Part shown: in pieces, positions 45,109-59,816 of the stretch | Layout of the letters: every line of letters begins with the position of its first letter | Position numbering within the stretch: the first letter of the stretch is position 1 | Origin: the human T2T-CHM13v2.0 reference genome, Homo sapiens | Reading direction: 5' to 3' (one strand) | Length of the DNA: 64,000 nucleotides | Assembly (NCBI RefSeq): GCF_009914755.1 | Contig: NC_060948.1 | The notes under the pieces: model-generated | Told to the model about the DNA's origin: nothing | Database searches by the model: none | The model's input: the letters and a program-made list of their open reading frames with translations, nothing else | Position numbers and translations under genes: made by a program

Positions 45109-48100
45109 AGTGATTCGGATGTCTTTTAATTGAATGGAATGAAATCAAATGGAATGGAAAGGAATAAAATGGAATGGAATGAAATAGAATGCAATAGAAT
45201 GGAAGTGAGTGGAGTCGAGTTGAATGGAATCGAATTGAATGGAATAGAATGGAATAGAATCAAATGGAATGGACTCGAATGCAATGGAACCGAATGGAAT
45301 GGACTGGAACATAATGGAATCGAACGTATTGGAATGGAAAGGAATGGAAAGGAATTGAATGCAACGGAAAGCAATGGAATCGAATGTAATGGAGTCGTAT
45401 GTAGTGGAGTCGAATGGAATGGAATCAAATGGAAGGAAAAGAATACAATCGAATGGAATAGAATAGAATGCAACAGAATGAAACGGAGTGGAATCGAGTG
45501 GAATGGAATAGAATTGAATGGAATGGAAAGGAATGGAATCGAATGGAATGGATCCGAATGGAATGGATCCGAATGGAATGGAATGGAACAAAATGGAATT
45601 GAACAGATTAGAATCGAATGGATCCGAATCGAATGGAATGGAATATAACGGAATGGAATGGAATGGAATGGAATGGAATGGAATGGAATGGAATGGAATG
45701 GAATGGACCCAAATGTAATGAACTCTAATGAAATGGACTTTAATAGAATGGATTAGAAAACAATGGGCTCGAATGGAATTTAATCAAGTCGAATTTAATG
45801 GAATGGAATGGAATGCAAAACTATGGAATAGCATCAAATGGAATGGAACAGAATAGAGTGGAATGGAATGGAATACACAGGAATAGAACAGACTCGAATG
45901 TAATGGATTGCAATGTAAGTGATTCAAAGGGAATGGAATCAAATGGAATATAATCAAATGGAATGGAATGGAGTGCATTGGAATGGAATAAAATGGAATG
46001 CAAACAATGGTACAGAACTCATTTGAATCTAGAGGAATGGAATCGAATGCAATGGGAAAGAATGGAATGGACACGAATGGAATGGATTGGAAACAAATGG
46101 AATGGAAAGGATTTTAATCATACAGAACAAAATAGAATGCAATGGACTCGAATGAAATGGAGTCGAAGAGAATAGTATCAAATGGAAAGCAATGGAATGC
46201 AATCGAATCGAATGGAATGTTAATGAAATTAATTGAAAGGAATAGAATGGAATGAAGTGTAATGGAAAGATATCGAATTGAATGGAATTGAATGGAATGG
46301 ACACAAACGGAATGGACTGGAATGGAATGAACTGGAAAGGAATGGAATGGAGCGGAACGGACTCGAGTGCAATGGAATCGAATGGTATAGAATAGAATGG
46401 AATGGAATGGAAAGGAATAGAAGGGAATGGAATCGGATCCAACGGGACAGATTGGAATGGGGTAGAATTGAATAGAATCGAATGGAATGGCATCGAATGT
46501 AATGGAATGGAATGGACTCGAATGGAATGGAGTGACATGTAATGGAATCGAAGGGAATGGAATCGAATGAAATGGAATTGAATGGAATAGAAAGGAATAG
46601 AATGGAATGGAGTTTAATGGAAAGATATTAAAAGTAATGGAATGGAATTGAGTGGACACGAATGGAATGGACTGGAATGGAAAGGACTCCAATGAAATGG
46701 AGCGCATTAGAATGGACTCGAATGGAATGGATTGGAGTGGAATGGTCTCGAATGGATTGGAAACGAATGGAATGCAAAGGAATAGAATGGAATGTAATCA
46801 AATGGAACGAAATGGAATGGAATGGATTCGACTGGAACAGAATTGAATGGAGTGGAATTGATTGGAATGGAATGCAATCGAATGGAATGAACACGAATGG
46901 AATAGAATGAAATGAAATGGCATAGAATGGAATGGAATGGAATGGAATGGAATGGAATGGAATGGAATGGCATGGAATGGAATGGAATGGAATGGAATGG
47001 CATGGCATGGAATGTAATGGAATGGAATGAAATTGATTGGAATGCGATGGGCCCAAAAGTAATGGACTCAAATAAAAGGGACTCAAATAGAATGAATTGG
47101 AAAGAAACGGTCTCGAATGTAATTCATACGAATGGAATGATATTGAATGGAATGCAATAGTATGGAATGGTATCGAATAGAATGGAATAGAATGGAATGG
47201 AATGGAACGGAATGGAGTGCATTTGAACGGACTCAAATGCAATAAATTGCAATATAATTGATTCAAATGGAATGGAATCGAATACAATGTAAACAAACGG
47301 AATGGAATTGAATGGAATCAAAAGGAATAGAATGGAATAGAGTGTCATTGAATGATATCGAATGGAAGGGAATGGAATGAATTCGAATGGAATGCACTGG
47401 AATGGAATGGACGCGATCAGAACGGACTGTAGCGGCATGTACACAAATGAAATGGAAACGAATGGAATGGAATGAAATGGAATGATATGGAATTGAAAGG
47501 AACGGAATGGAATGGAATGGAATGGAATGGATTGGAAAAGAATGGATTCAAATAAAATAGAATCGATTGGAATGGTATTGAATGGAGGGGAATTGAATGG
47601 AATGGAAAGCAATGGAAGATATTGGAATCGAATGGCATCTAATGAAATGGAATGGAACGGAATGGAACGGACCCGAATGGAATGGAATGGACTCAAATGG
47701 AATGGACTCGAATGGAATCGAATGAAATATAATAGACTCGAAAAGAATGGCCTCCAGCGGAATTTATTTGAATAGAATGGAATGAAATGGAATACAATAG
47801 TATTGAATGGAACAGAATGGAATGGAATCGAATGGAATGTAATCAAATGGAATGGAACGGAATTCAATATAATGGAATAGAATGGAATGCATTGGAAAGG
47901 AGCAGAGTGGAATCGAGTGGAATGGAATCGAAAGGAATGGAATCAAAGGGAAAGAAATGGAATTGAATGGACTTGAATGGAATTGAGTCGAAAGGAATTG
48001 ACTCGAAAGGAATGGACTGGAACAAAAAGGAATCAAATGGACAGGAATGGAATGGAATGGAATGGAATGGACTGGAATAGAATGGAGTCAAATGCAAACA

Positions 48101-51100
48101 CATCGAATGGAATGGATTGAAATGGAATGCAATTGAATGGAATAGAAAGGAAGAGAATGGAATTGAGAGTAATGGAAAGATATGGATTGGAATGAAATGG
48201 AATGGAAAGGAATTGAATGTTAAGGAATGGACTCGGAAGAAATGGATTGGAATTTAATGGTCTCCAATGGAATGGACTGGAGTGGAACGGAATCGAATGG
48301 AATGAAAAGAATGGAACGGAATGGAACGGAAAGGAATAGAATGTTATGGAATCCGATTGGACAGAATGGAATGGAATGGAGTTTCATGAAATGGAGTCGA
48401 ATAGAGTGGCATCAAAAGGAATGTAATGGAACGGAGTGGACTTCAAAGGAATGGACTCGCAAGGAATGGAGACGAACCAAATTGAATCCAATGGATTGGA
48501 GTCGAACAGAATGGAATGGAATGGAATGAACTCGACTGGAGTGGAGAGGAATGTAAAGGAATAGAATGGAATGTAATCAAATGGATTGCAACTGAATGGA
48601 ATCAAAAATAATAGAAAGGAATGGAGTGTAAAGGGATGATATTGAATATAATGGAATGGAATGGAATTCAATGGAATGGAGTCGAAGGAATGGACAGGAA
48701 TGTAATGGACTCCAATGGAATGGAATGGATGAAAATGGATTTGAACAGATTGGAATCGAACGGAATGGAATGCAATGGAATGGAATGGATTCGAATGGAG
48801 AAGAGACAAATGGAATGGAAACGAATTCAATGGAATTGAAAAGAATAGAATGGAATGGCGTGTAATGGTAAGATACTAAATGGAATGGAATGGAATGGAC
48901 TGGATTGGAATGGACCCAAATGTAATGCCCTCGAATGGAATATACTCAAATAGAATGGAATCGAAAGGAAAGGTCTCAAATGGAATTTATTCAATACAAT
49001 GGAATCGAATGGAATGCAATAGAATGGAATGGAATCGAATGTAATGGAATCAAATAGAATGGACCAGAATGGAATGGACTGCCATAGAACGGACTGCAGT
49101 GTAATGGATTGAATTCTAATTCATTCAAATGGAATGGAATTGAATGGAATGGAATCCAATGGAATGGATAGGATTGTACTGGATTGGAATAGCATGGAAT
49201 GCAACGGAGTGGAATGGAGTTGAATGAAGTGGAATGGAATCGATTGGAATGGAATCAAATGGAATGGACGGGAATGGAATGGACTGGAAGAGAACAGACT
49301 CGAATATAATGGATTGCAATGTAATTGATTCAAATGGAATGGAATCGAATGGAATGTGATAAAATTGAAGGGATTGGAGTTCAATGTAATGGAAAAGAAT
49401 GGAATGCAAAGGAATGGAAGGGAACGGAGTGAAATCGAGTGTAATGGAATCGAATGGAATGAAATCGAATGGAATGGACTCAAAAAAAATGGACGAGGGA
49501 CAAAACTGAATCGAACTGATTGGAATGGAACGGAACGGAATGGAATGGAATGGTCTCCATTGGATCGGAGTAGAACGGATTGGAATGGAATGGAATGAAA
49601 TGGAATGGAAAGGAATAGAATGGAATGGAATGGAATGGAATGGAAGGTAATGGAAAGATAACGAACGGATTGGAAAGGAATGCAATGGACCCTAATGGAA
49701 TGGAATGGAATGGAACAGAAACCAATGGAATGGACTGGAGTGAAATGGAGTCGAATGTAATTGACTGGAGTGGAATGGACTCGAAAGGAATGGACTCGAA
49801 TAGAATGGACTGGAATGGATTGTGTTCGAATGGAGTGGAAAGGAATAAAATGGATTCCACCAGATTGGAATGGAACAGAATGGAATGGAATGGAATGGAA
49901 TGCAATGGAACGGCTTGACTGGAATGGAGTCGAATGCAATGGAATAGAAAGGAAAGGAATTGAATGGAATTGAAAGTAATAGATTTAAATGGAGTGCAAA
50001 GGAAAGATGTCGAATGGAATGGATCGAAAAGAAATAGAATGGAATGGACAGGAATGGAATGGAATAGAATGGAATAGACTGGCGTGCAATGAAAACGAAT
50101 GGAATGGAATGGAAAGGAATGGAGTAGAATAAATACTATGGAATGGAATGGAATGGAATGGAATGGAATGGAATGGAATGGAATGGAGGCGAAAGGAAAA
50201 GAATGGATTGGAATGTCACCGAATGGAAAGATAAGGAATGGAAAGGAGTGGATACGAATGGAATGGAATAGAAAGGAACGGAAAGGTAAAGAATGGAATG
50301 GAATCGGATAGAATGGAATGCAATGTAATGGAGTCGAATGGAAAATAATCGAGTAGAATGATATTGAATGGAATGGAATTTAATGGAATGGAATGGAATG
50401 GAATGGACTCGAATGGAATGTACTCAAATGGATTAGAATAGAATGGAATGGAACTAAACGTAATGAACTCGAATGGAATGGACACAAATAGAATGGAAGA
50501 GAAAGGAATGGTATTGAATGGAATTTATTCGAATAGAATGTAATTCAATGGAATGCAACAGTGTGGCATGGAATCAAATGGAATGGAATCGAATGGAATG
50601 GACCCGAGTGGAATGGACTCACATAGAACAGCCTGGAATGTAATGGATGACAGTGTATTAGATTCGAAGGGACTGAAATCGAATGGAATGTAATCAAATA
50701 GAACGGAATTGAATGCATGGAATGGCATAGAAAGTAATGCAATGGAATGGAATAGACTGGAATGGAATGGAATCGGATGGAATGTAATGAAATGTAATGG
50801 AAGGAATGCCATGGAATGGAATGGAATGGAATGCAATGGCCCGGTGTATAATGGAGTGCAATGGAATTCAGTGGAATGTAGTCAACAGGAATGAAATAGA
50901 ATGGAATTCAATATAAGGGAATGGCATCCAATGGCAGGGAATGGCATCCAATGGCAAGGAATGGAGTGGACTCCAATGGAAACAACATGAAAGGAATATA
51001 ATATAATGGAATGGCATTGAACGATATGGAATGCAATGGAGTTAAAAGGTAAGATATCAAATGGAAAAGAATTGAATGGACTCGAATGGAATATAACGGA

Positions 51101-52305
51101 ATGGAATGGACTCGAATGGAATGTACTAGAGTTGAATGGAATGGAATGGAATGGAAAACAATGGAAAGGAAAGGAAGGGAATTGAAAGGAAAGGAATAGA
51201 ATGGAATGGAATCGGATAGAACGGAATTGAATGGAATGGAAACTAAAGGAATAGCATAGAAAGGAATGGCATTGAATGGAATGGAATGGAATGGAATCAG
51301 ATGGAACAGAAAGGAATGGAATAGAATCGAATGGTATGGCATCGAATGGATTGGAATGGAATGTAATGGAATGGAAAGGAATGGAATGGACTCGAATGGA
51401 ATGTACTCAAATGGAATAGAATAGAATGGAATGGAAGTAAATATAATGGACTCGAATGGAATGGATTGGAATAAATTGGAATTGAATGTATTGGATTCGA
51501 ATGGAAAGGAATGGAATGGAATGGAATGGATTCGAATGGAATGGAATCGAATGGAATGGAACGAATTGGAATGTAATTGAATGGCGTCGAAAACAGTAGA
51601 AAGAAATGAAGTTTAATCGAATGATATCGAATGGAATTGAATGGAATGTACGCGAATGGAATGGACTGGAATGGAATGGACTCTATGGGAATGAAGAGGA
51701 GTGGAATGGACTCGAATGTCATGGAGACGATTGGAATGGAAGGGAATGCAAAGGAATGGAATGGAATGGAATCTGATGCATCGCAATGGAATGGAATGGG
51801 GTCGAATGGCATAGAATCGAAAGGAATGGCATCCAATGGAATGGAAACGAATTGAATGGAATGGCATGGAATGGAATGGAAAGGAATATAATGGAAAGGA
51901 ATCGGATGGAACGGAATGGAATGTAATGGAGTCGAATGGAATAGAATCTAATAGAATTGCATTGATAGGAATGGAATCGAACGGACTCGAAAGGATTGGA
52001 GCCTAACAGAAGAGAATCGAACACAATAGCATCAAATGGAATGGAAATGAATGGAATGGAATGGAATGGAATGGAATGGAATGGAATGGAATGGAATGGA
52101 CACACATGTAATGGACTTGAATGGAATGGAATCAAATAGAATGGACGCGAATGGAATGTTCTCAAATGGAATTTATGAAAATAGAATGGAATCGAAAGTC
52201 ATTGAACATTATGGAATGGAATCAAATGGAATGAAATCGAATGGAAGGAACCGGAATGGAATGTACTGGAATAGAACGGACTCGAATGTTACGGAAAGAA
52301 AAGTA
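45109..52305 (+). repeat. HOR unit 7, variant with a 369-bp internal deletion (7197 bp)
   Basis: Anchor at 45109 and 52306. The junction AAACAAAC-GGAATGGAA-TTGAATGGAATCAAAAGG at 47291-47325 joins unit-1 positions ~2178 and ~2548. Confidence 0.93.
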
Positions 52306-55300
52306 AGTGATTCGGATGTCTTTTAATTGAATGGAAAGAAATCAAATGGAATGGAAAGGAATAAAATGGAATGGAATGAAATAGAATGCAATAGAATGGA
52401 AGTGAGTGGAGTCGAGTTGAATGGAATCGAATTGAATGGAATAGAATGGAATAGAATCAAATGGAATGGACTCGAATGCAATGGAACCGAATGGAATGGA
52501 CTGGAACATAATGGAATCGAACGTATTGGAATGGAAAGGAATGGAAAGGAATTGAATGCAACGGAAAGCAATGGAATCGAATGTAATGGAGTCGTATGTA
52601 GTGGAGTCGAATGGAATGGAATCAAATGGAAGGAAAAGAATACAATCGAATGGAATAGAATAGAATGCAACAGAATGAAACGGAGTGGAATCGAGTGGAA
52701 TGGAGTAGAATTGAATGGAATGGAAAGGAATGGAATCGAATGGAATGGATCCGAATGGAATGGATCCGAATGGAATGGAATGGAACAAAATGGAATTGAA
52801 CAGATTAGAATCGAATGGATCCGAATCGAATGGAATGGAATATAATGGAATGGAATGGAATGGAATGGAATGGAATGGAATGGAATGGAATGGACCCAAA
52901 TGTAATGAACTCTAATGAAATGGACTTTAATAGAATGGATTAGAAAACAATGGGCTCGAATGGAATTTAATCAAGTCGAATTTAATGGAATGGAATGGAA
53001 TGCAAAACTATGGAATAGCATCAAATGGAATGGAACAGAATAGAGTGGAATGGAATGGAATACACAGGTATAGAACAGACTCGAATGTAATGGATTGCAA
53101 TGTAAGTGATTCAAAGGGAATGGAATCAAATGGAATATAATCAAATGGAATGGAATGGAGTGCATTGGAATGGAATAAAATGGAATGCAAACAATGGTAC
53201 AGAACTCATTTGAATCTAGAGGAGTGGAATCGAATGCAATGGGAAAGAATGGAATGGACACGAATGGAATGGATTGGAAACAAATGGAATGGAAAGGATT
53301 TTAATCATACAGAACAAAATAGAATGCAATGGACTCGAATGAAATGGAGTCGAAGAGAATAGTATCAAATGGAAAGGAATGGAATGCAATCGAATCGAAT
53401 GGAATGTTAATGAAATTAATTGAAAGGAATAGAATGGAATGAAGTGTAATGGAAAGATATCGAATTGAATGGAATTGAATGGAATGGACACAAACGGAAT
53501 GGACTGGAATGGAATGAACTGGAAAGGAATGGAATGGAGCGGAACGGACTCGAGTGCAATGGAATCGAATGGTATAGAATAGAATGGAATGGAATGGAAA
53601 GGAATAGAAGGGAATGGAATCGGATCCAACGGGACAGATTAGAATGGGGTAGAATTGAATAGAATCGAATGGAATGGCATCGAATGTAATGGAATGGAAT
53701 GGACTCGAATGGAATGGAGTGACATGTAATGGAATCGAAGGGAATGGAATCGAATGAAATGGAATTGAATGGAATAGAAAGGAATAGAATGGAATGGAGT
53801 TTAATGGAAAGATATTAAAAGTAATGGAATGGAATTGAGTGGACACGAATGGAATGGACTGGAATGGAAAGGACTCGAATGAAATGGAGCGCATTAGAAT
53901 GGACTCGAATGGAATGGATTGGAGTGGAATGGTCTCGAATGGATTGGAAACGAATGGAATGCAAAGGAATAGAATGGAATGTAATCAAATGGAACGAAAT
54001 GGAATGGAATGGATTCGACTTTAACAGAATTGAATGGAGTGGAATTGATTGGAATGGAATGCAATCGAATGGAATGAACACGAATGGAATAGAATGAAAT
54101 GAAATGGCATAGAATGGAATGGAATGGAATGGAATGGAATGGCATGGAATGGAATGGAATGGAATGGAATGGCATGGAATGTAATGGAATGGAATGAAAT
54201 TGATTGGAATGGGATGGGCCCAAAAGTAATGGACTCAAATAAAAGGGACTCAAATAGAATGAATTGGAAAGAAACGGTCTCGAATGTAATTCATTCGAAT
54301 GGAATGATATTGAATGGAATGCAATAGTATGGAATGGTATCGAATAGAATGGAATAGAATGGAATGGAATGGAACGGAATGGAGTGCATTTGAACGGACT
54401 CAAATGCAATAAATTGCAATATAATTGATTCAAATGGAATGGAATCGAATACAATGTAAACAAACGGAATGGAAGGCAATGCAATGGCAAGGAATCGAAT
54501 GAAATGGAATAAATGGAATGGAATCGAATGGAAAGGACGCGAATATAATGGACTGTTAAGGAAAGGTCTCGAATCGAATTTATTCCAATAGAATGGAATC
54601 GAAAGGAATGCAATACTATTGAATCGAATCGAATGGAATGGAATTCAATGGAATGGACAGGAATGGAATGAACTGGAAGTGAATGGACAAGAACGTAATA
54701 TATTCCAATGTAATGTATTCAAATGGAATGGAATGCAATCGAATGGAATTGACTCGATTGGAATGGACTGGAGTGGAATGGACTCAAATGGAATGTATTC
54801 GAATGTAATGGACCTGAAAGGAATGGAATCCAATGGAATGGAATTGAATGGAATCAAAAGGAATAGAATGGAATAGAGTGTCATTGAATGATATCGAATG
54901 GAAGGGAATGGAATGAAATCGAATGGAATGCACTGGAATGGAATGGACTCGATCAGAACGGACTGTAGCGGCATGTACACAAATGAAATGGAAACGAATG
55001 GAATGGAATGAAATGGAATGAAATGGAATTGAAAGGAACGGAATGGAATGGAATGGAATGGAATGGATTGGAATAGAATGGATTCAAATAAAATAGAATC
55101 GATTGGAATGGTATTGAATGGAGGGGAATTGAATGGAATGGAAAGCAATGGAAGATATTGGAATCGAATGGCATCGAATGAAATGGAATGGAACGGAATG
55201 GAACGGACCCGAATGGAATGGAATGGACTCAAATGTAATGGACTCGAAAGGAATCGAATGAAATATAATAGACTCGAAAAGAATGGCCTCCAGCGGAATT

Positions 55301-58300
55301 TATTTGAATAGAATGGAATGAAATGGAATACAATAGTATTGAATGGAACAGAATGGAATGGAATCGAATGGAATGTAATCAAATGGAATGGAACGGAATT
55401 CAATATAATGGAATAGAATGGAATGCATTGGAAAGGAGCAGAGTGGAATCGAGTGGAATGGAATCGAAAGGAATGGAATCAAAGGGAAAGAAATGGAATT
55501 GAATGGACTTGAATGGAATTGAGTCGAAAGGAATTGACTCGAAAGGAATGGACTGGAACAAAAAGGAATCAAATGGACAGGAATGGAATGGAATGGAATG
55601 GAATGGACTGGAATAGAATGGAGTCAAATGCAAACGCATCGAATGGAATGGATTGAAATGGAATGCAATTGAATGGAATGGAAAGGAAGAGAATGGAATT
55701 GAGAGTAATGGAAAGATATGGATTGGAATGAAATGGAATGGAAAGGAATTGAATGTTAAGGAATGGACTCGGAAGAAATGGATTGGAATTTAATGGTCTC
55801 CAATGGAATGGACTGGAGTGGAACGGAATCGAATGGAATGAAAAGAATGGAACGGAATGGAACGGAAAGGAATAGAATGTTATGGAATCCGATTGGACAG
55901 AATGGAATGGAATGGAGTTTCATGAAATGGAGTCGAATAGAGTGGCATCAAAAGGAATGTAATGGAACGGAGTGGACTCCAAAGGAATGGACTCGAAAGG
56001 AATGGAGACGAACCAAATTGAATCCAATGGATTGGAGTCGAACAGAATGGAATGGAATGGAATGAACTCGACTGGAGTGGAGAGGAATGTAAAGGAATAG
56101 AATGGAATGTAATCAAATGGATTGCAACTGAATGGAATCAAAAATAATAGAAAGGAATGGAGTGTAAAGGGATGATATTGAATATAATGGAATGGAATGG
56201 AATTCAATGGAATGGAGTCGAAGGAATGGACAGGAATGTAATGGACTCTAATGGAATGGAATGGATGAAAATGGATTTGAACAGATTGGAATCGAACGGA
56301 ATGGAATGCAATGGAATGGAATGGATTCGAATGGAGAAGAGACAAATGGAATGGAAACGAATTCAATGGAATTGAAAAGAATAGAATGGAATGGCGTGTA
56401 ATGGTAAGATACTAAATGGAATGGAATGGAATGGAATGGAATGGATTGGAATGGACCCAAATGTAATGCCCTCGAATGGAATATACTCAAATAGAATGGA
56501 ATCGAAAGGAAAGGTCTCAAATGGAATTTATTCAATACAATGGAATCGAATGGAATGCAATAGAATGGAATGGAATCGAATGTAATGGAATCAAATAGAA
56601 TGGACCAGAATGGAATGGACTGCCATAGAACGGAATGCAGTGTAATGGATTGAATTCTAATTCATTCAAATGGAATGGAATTGAATGGAATGGAATCCAA
56701 TGGAATGGATAGGATTGTACTGGATTGGAATAGCATGGAATGCAACGGAGTGGAATGGAGTTGAATGAAGTGGAATGGAATCGATTGGAATAGAATCAAA
56801 TGGAATGGACGGGAATGGAATGGACTGGAAGAGAACAGACTCGAATATAATGGATTGCAATGTAATTGATTCAAATGGAATGGAATCGAATGGAATGTAA
56901 TAAAATTGAAGGGATTGGAGTTCAATGCAAAGGAAAAGAATGGAATGCAAAGGAATGGAAAGGAATGGAGTGAAATCGAGTGTAATGGAATCGAATGGAA
57001 TGAAATCGAATGGAATGGACTCAAAAGAAATGGACGAGGGACAAAACTGAATCGAACTGATTGGAATGGAACGGAACGGAATGGAATGGAATGGTCTCCA
57101 TTGGATCGGAGTAGAACGGATTGGAATGGAATGGAATGAAATGGAATGGAAAGGAATAGAATGGAATGGAATGGAATGGAATGGAAGGTAATGGAAAGAT
57201 AACGAACGGATTGGAAAGGAATGCAATGGACCCTAATGGAATGGAATGGAATGGAACAGAAACCGATGGAATGGACTGGAGTGAAATGGAGTCGAATGTA
57301 ATTGACTGGAGTGGAATGGACTCGAAAGGAATGGACTCGAATAGAATGGACTGGAATGGATTGTGTTCGAATGGAGTGGAAAGGAATAAAATGGATTCCA
57401 CCAGATTGGAATGGAACAGAATGGAATGGAATGGAATGGAATGCAATGGAACGGCTTGACTGGAATGGAGTCGAATGCAATGGAATAGAAAGGAAAGGAA
57501 TTGAATGGAATTGAAAGTAATAGATTTAAATGGAGTGCAAAGGAAAGATGTCGAATGGAATGGATCGAAAAGAAATAGAATGGAATGGACAGGAATGGAA
57601 TGGAATAGAATGGAATAGACTGGCGTGCAATGAAAACGAATGGAATGGAATGGAAAGGAATGGAGTAGAATAAATACTATGGAATGGAATGGAATGGAGG
57701 CGAAAGGAAAAGAATGGATTGGAATGTCACCGAATGGAAAGATAAGGAATGGAAAGGAGTGGATACGAATGGAATGGAATAGAAAGGAACGGAAAGGTAA
57801 AGAATGGAATGGAATCGGATAGAATGGAATGCAATGTAATGGAGTCGAATGGAAAATAATCGAGTAGAATGATATTGAATGGAATGGAATTTAATGGAAT
57901 GGAATGGAATGGAATGGACTCGAATGGAATGTACTCAAATGGATTAGAATAGAATGGAATGGAACTAAACGTAATGAACTCGAATGGAATGGACACAAAT
58001 AGAATGGAAGAGAAAGGAATGGTATTGAATGGAATTTATTCGAATAGAATGTAATTCAATGGAATGCAACAGTGTGGCATGAAATCAAATGGAATGGAAT
58101 CGAATGGAATGGACCCGAGTGGAATGGACTCACATAGAACAGCCTGGAATGTAATGGATGACAGTGTATTAGATTCGAAGGGACTGAAATCGAATGGAAT
58201 GTAATCAAATAGAACGGAATTGAATGCATGGAATGGCATAGAAAGTAATGCAATGGAATGGAATAGACTGGAATGGAATGGAATCGGATGGAATGTAATG

Positions 58301-59816
58301 AAATGTAATGGAAGGAATGCCATGGAATGGAATGGAATGGAATGCAATGGCCCGGTGTATAATGGAGTGCAATGGAATTCAGTGGAATGTAGTCAACAGG
58401 AATGAAATAGAATGGAATTCAATATAAGGGAATGGCATCCAATGGCAGGGAATGGCATCCAATGGCAAGGAATGGAGTGGACTCCAATGGAAACAACATG
58501 AAAGGAATATAATATAATGGAATGGCATTGAACGATATGGAATGCAATGGAGTTAAAAGGTAAGATATCAAATGGAAAAGAATTGAATGGACTCGAATGG
58601 AATATAACGGAATGGAATGGACTCGAATGGAATGTACTAGAGTTGAATGGAATGGAATGGAATGGAAAACAATGGAAAGGAAAGGAAGGGAATTGAAAGG
58701 AAAGGAATAGAATGGAATGGAATCGGATAGAACGGAATTGAATGGAATGGAAACTAAAGGAATAGCATAGAAAGGAATGGCATTGAATGGAATGGAATGG
58801 AATGGAATCAGATGGAACAGAAAGGAATGGAATAGAATCGAATGGTATGGCATCGAATGGATTGGAATGGAATGTAATGGAATGGAAAGGAATGGAATGG
58901 ACTCGAATGGAATGTACTCAAATGGAATAGAATAGAATGGAATGGAAGTAAATATAATGGACTCGAATGGAATGGATTGGAATAAATTGGAATTGAATGT
59001 ATTGGATTCGAATGGAAAGGAATGGAATGGAATGGAATGGATTCGAATGGAATGGAATCGAATGGAATGGAACGAATTGGAATGTAATTGAATGGCGTCG
59101 AAAACAGTAGAAAGAAATGAAGTTTAATCGAATGATATCGAATGGAATTGAATGGAATGTACGCGAATGGAATGGACTGGAATGGAATGGACTCTATGGG
59201 AATGAAGAGGAGTGGAATGGACTCGAATGTCATGGAGACGATTGGAATGGAAGGGAATGCAAAGGAATGGAATGGAATGGAATCTGATGCATCGCAATGG
59301 AATGGAATGGGGTCGAATGGCATAGAATCGAAAGGAATGGCATCCAATGGAATGGAAACGAATTGAATGGAATGGCATGGAATGGAATGGAAAGGAATAT
59401 AATGGAAAGGAATCGGATGGAACGGAATGGAATGTAATGGAGTCGAATGGAATAGAATCTAATAGAATTGCATTGATAGGAATGGAATCGAACGGACTCG
59501 AAAGGATTGGAGCCTAACAGAAGAGAATCGAACAGAATAGCATCAAATGGAATGGAAATGAATGGAATGGAATGGAATGGAATGGAATGGAATGGAATGG
59601 AATGGAATGGACACACATGTAATGGAGTTGAATGGAATGGAATCAAATAGAATGGACGCGAATGGAATGGTCTCGAATGGAATTTATGAAAATAGAATGG
59701 AATCGAAAGTCATTGAACATTATGGAATGGAATCAAATGGAATGAAATCGAATGGAAGGAACCGGAATGGAATGTACTGGAATAGAACGGACTCGAGTGT
59801 TACGGAAAGAAAAGTA
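52306..59816 (+). repeat. HOR unit 8 (7511 bp)
   Basis: Anchor at 52306 and 59817; the CTGCAG site is changed to ATGCAG at ~56635. Confidence 0.95.

Noticed and set aside
49481-49490. A-run CAAAAAAAAT as a possible retro-insertion tail; scattered AATAAA and TATAAT hexamers as signals
   Set aside because: The A-run is a single G>A change in CAAAAGAAAT. The hexamers are expected from pentamer variants in an A-rich sequence and have no gene context.
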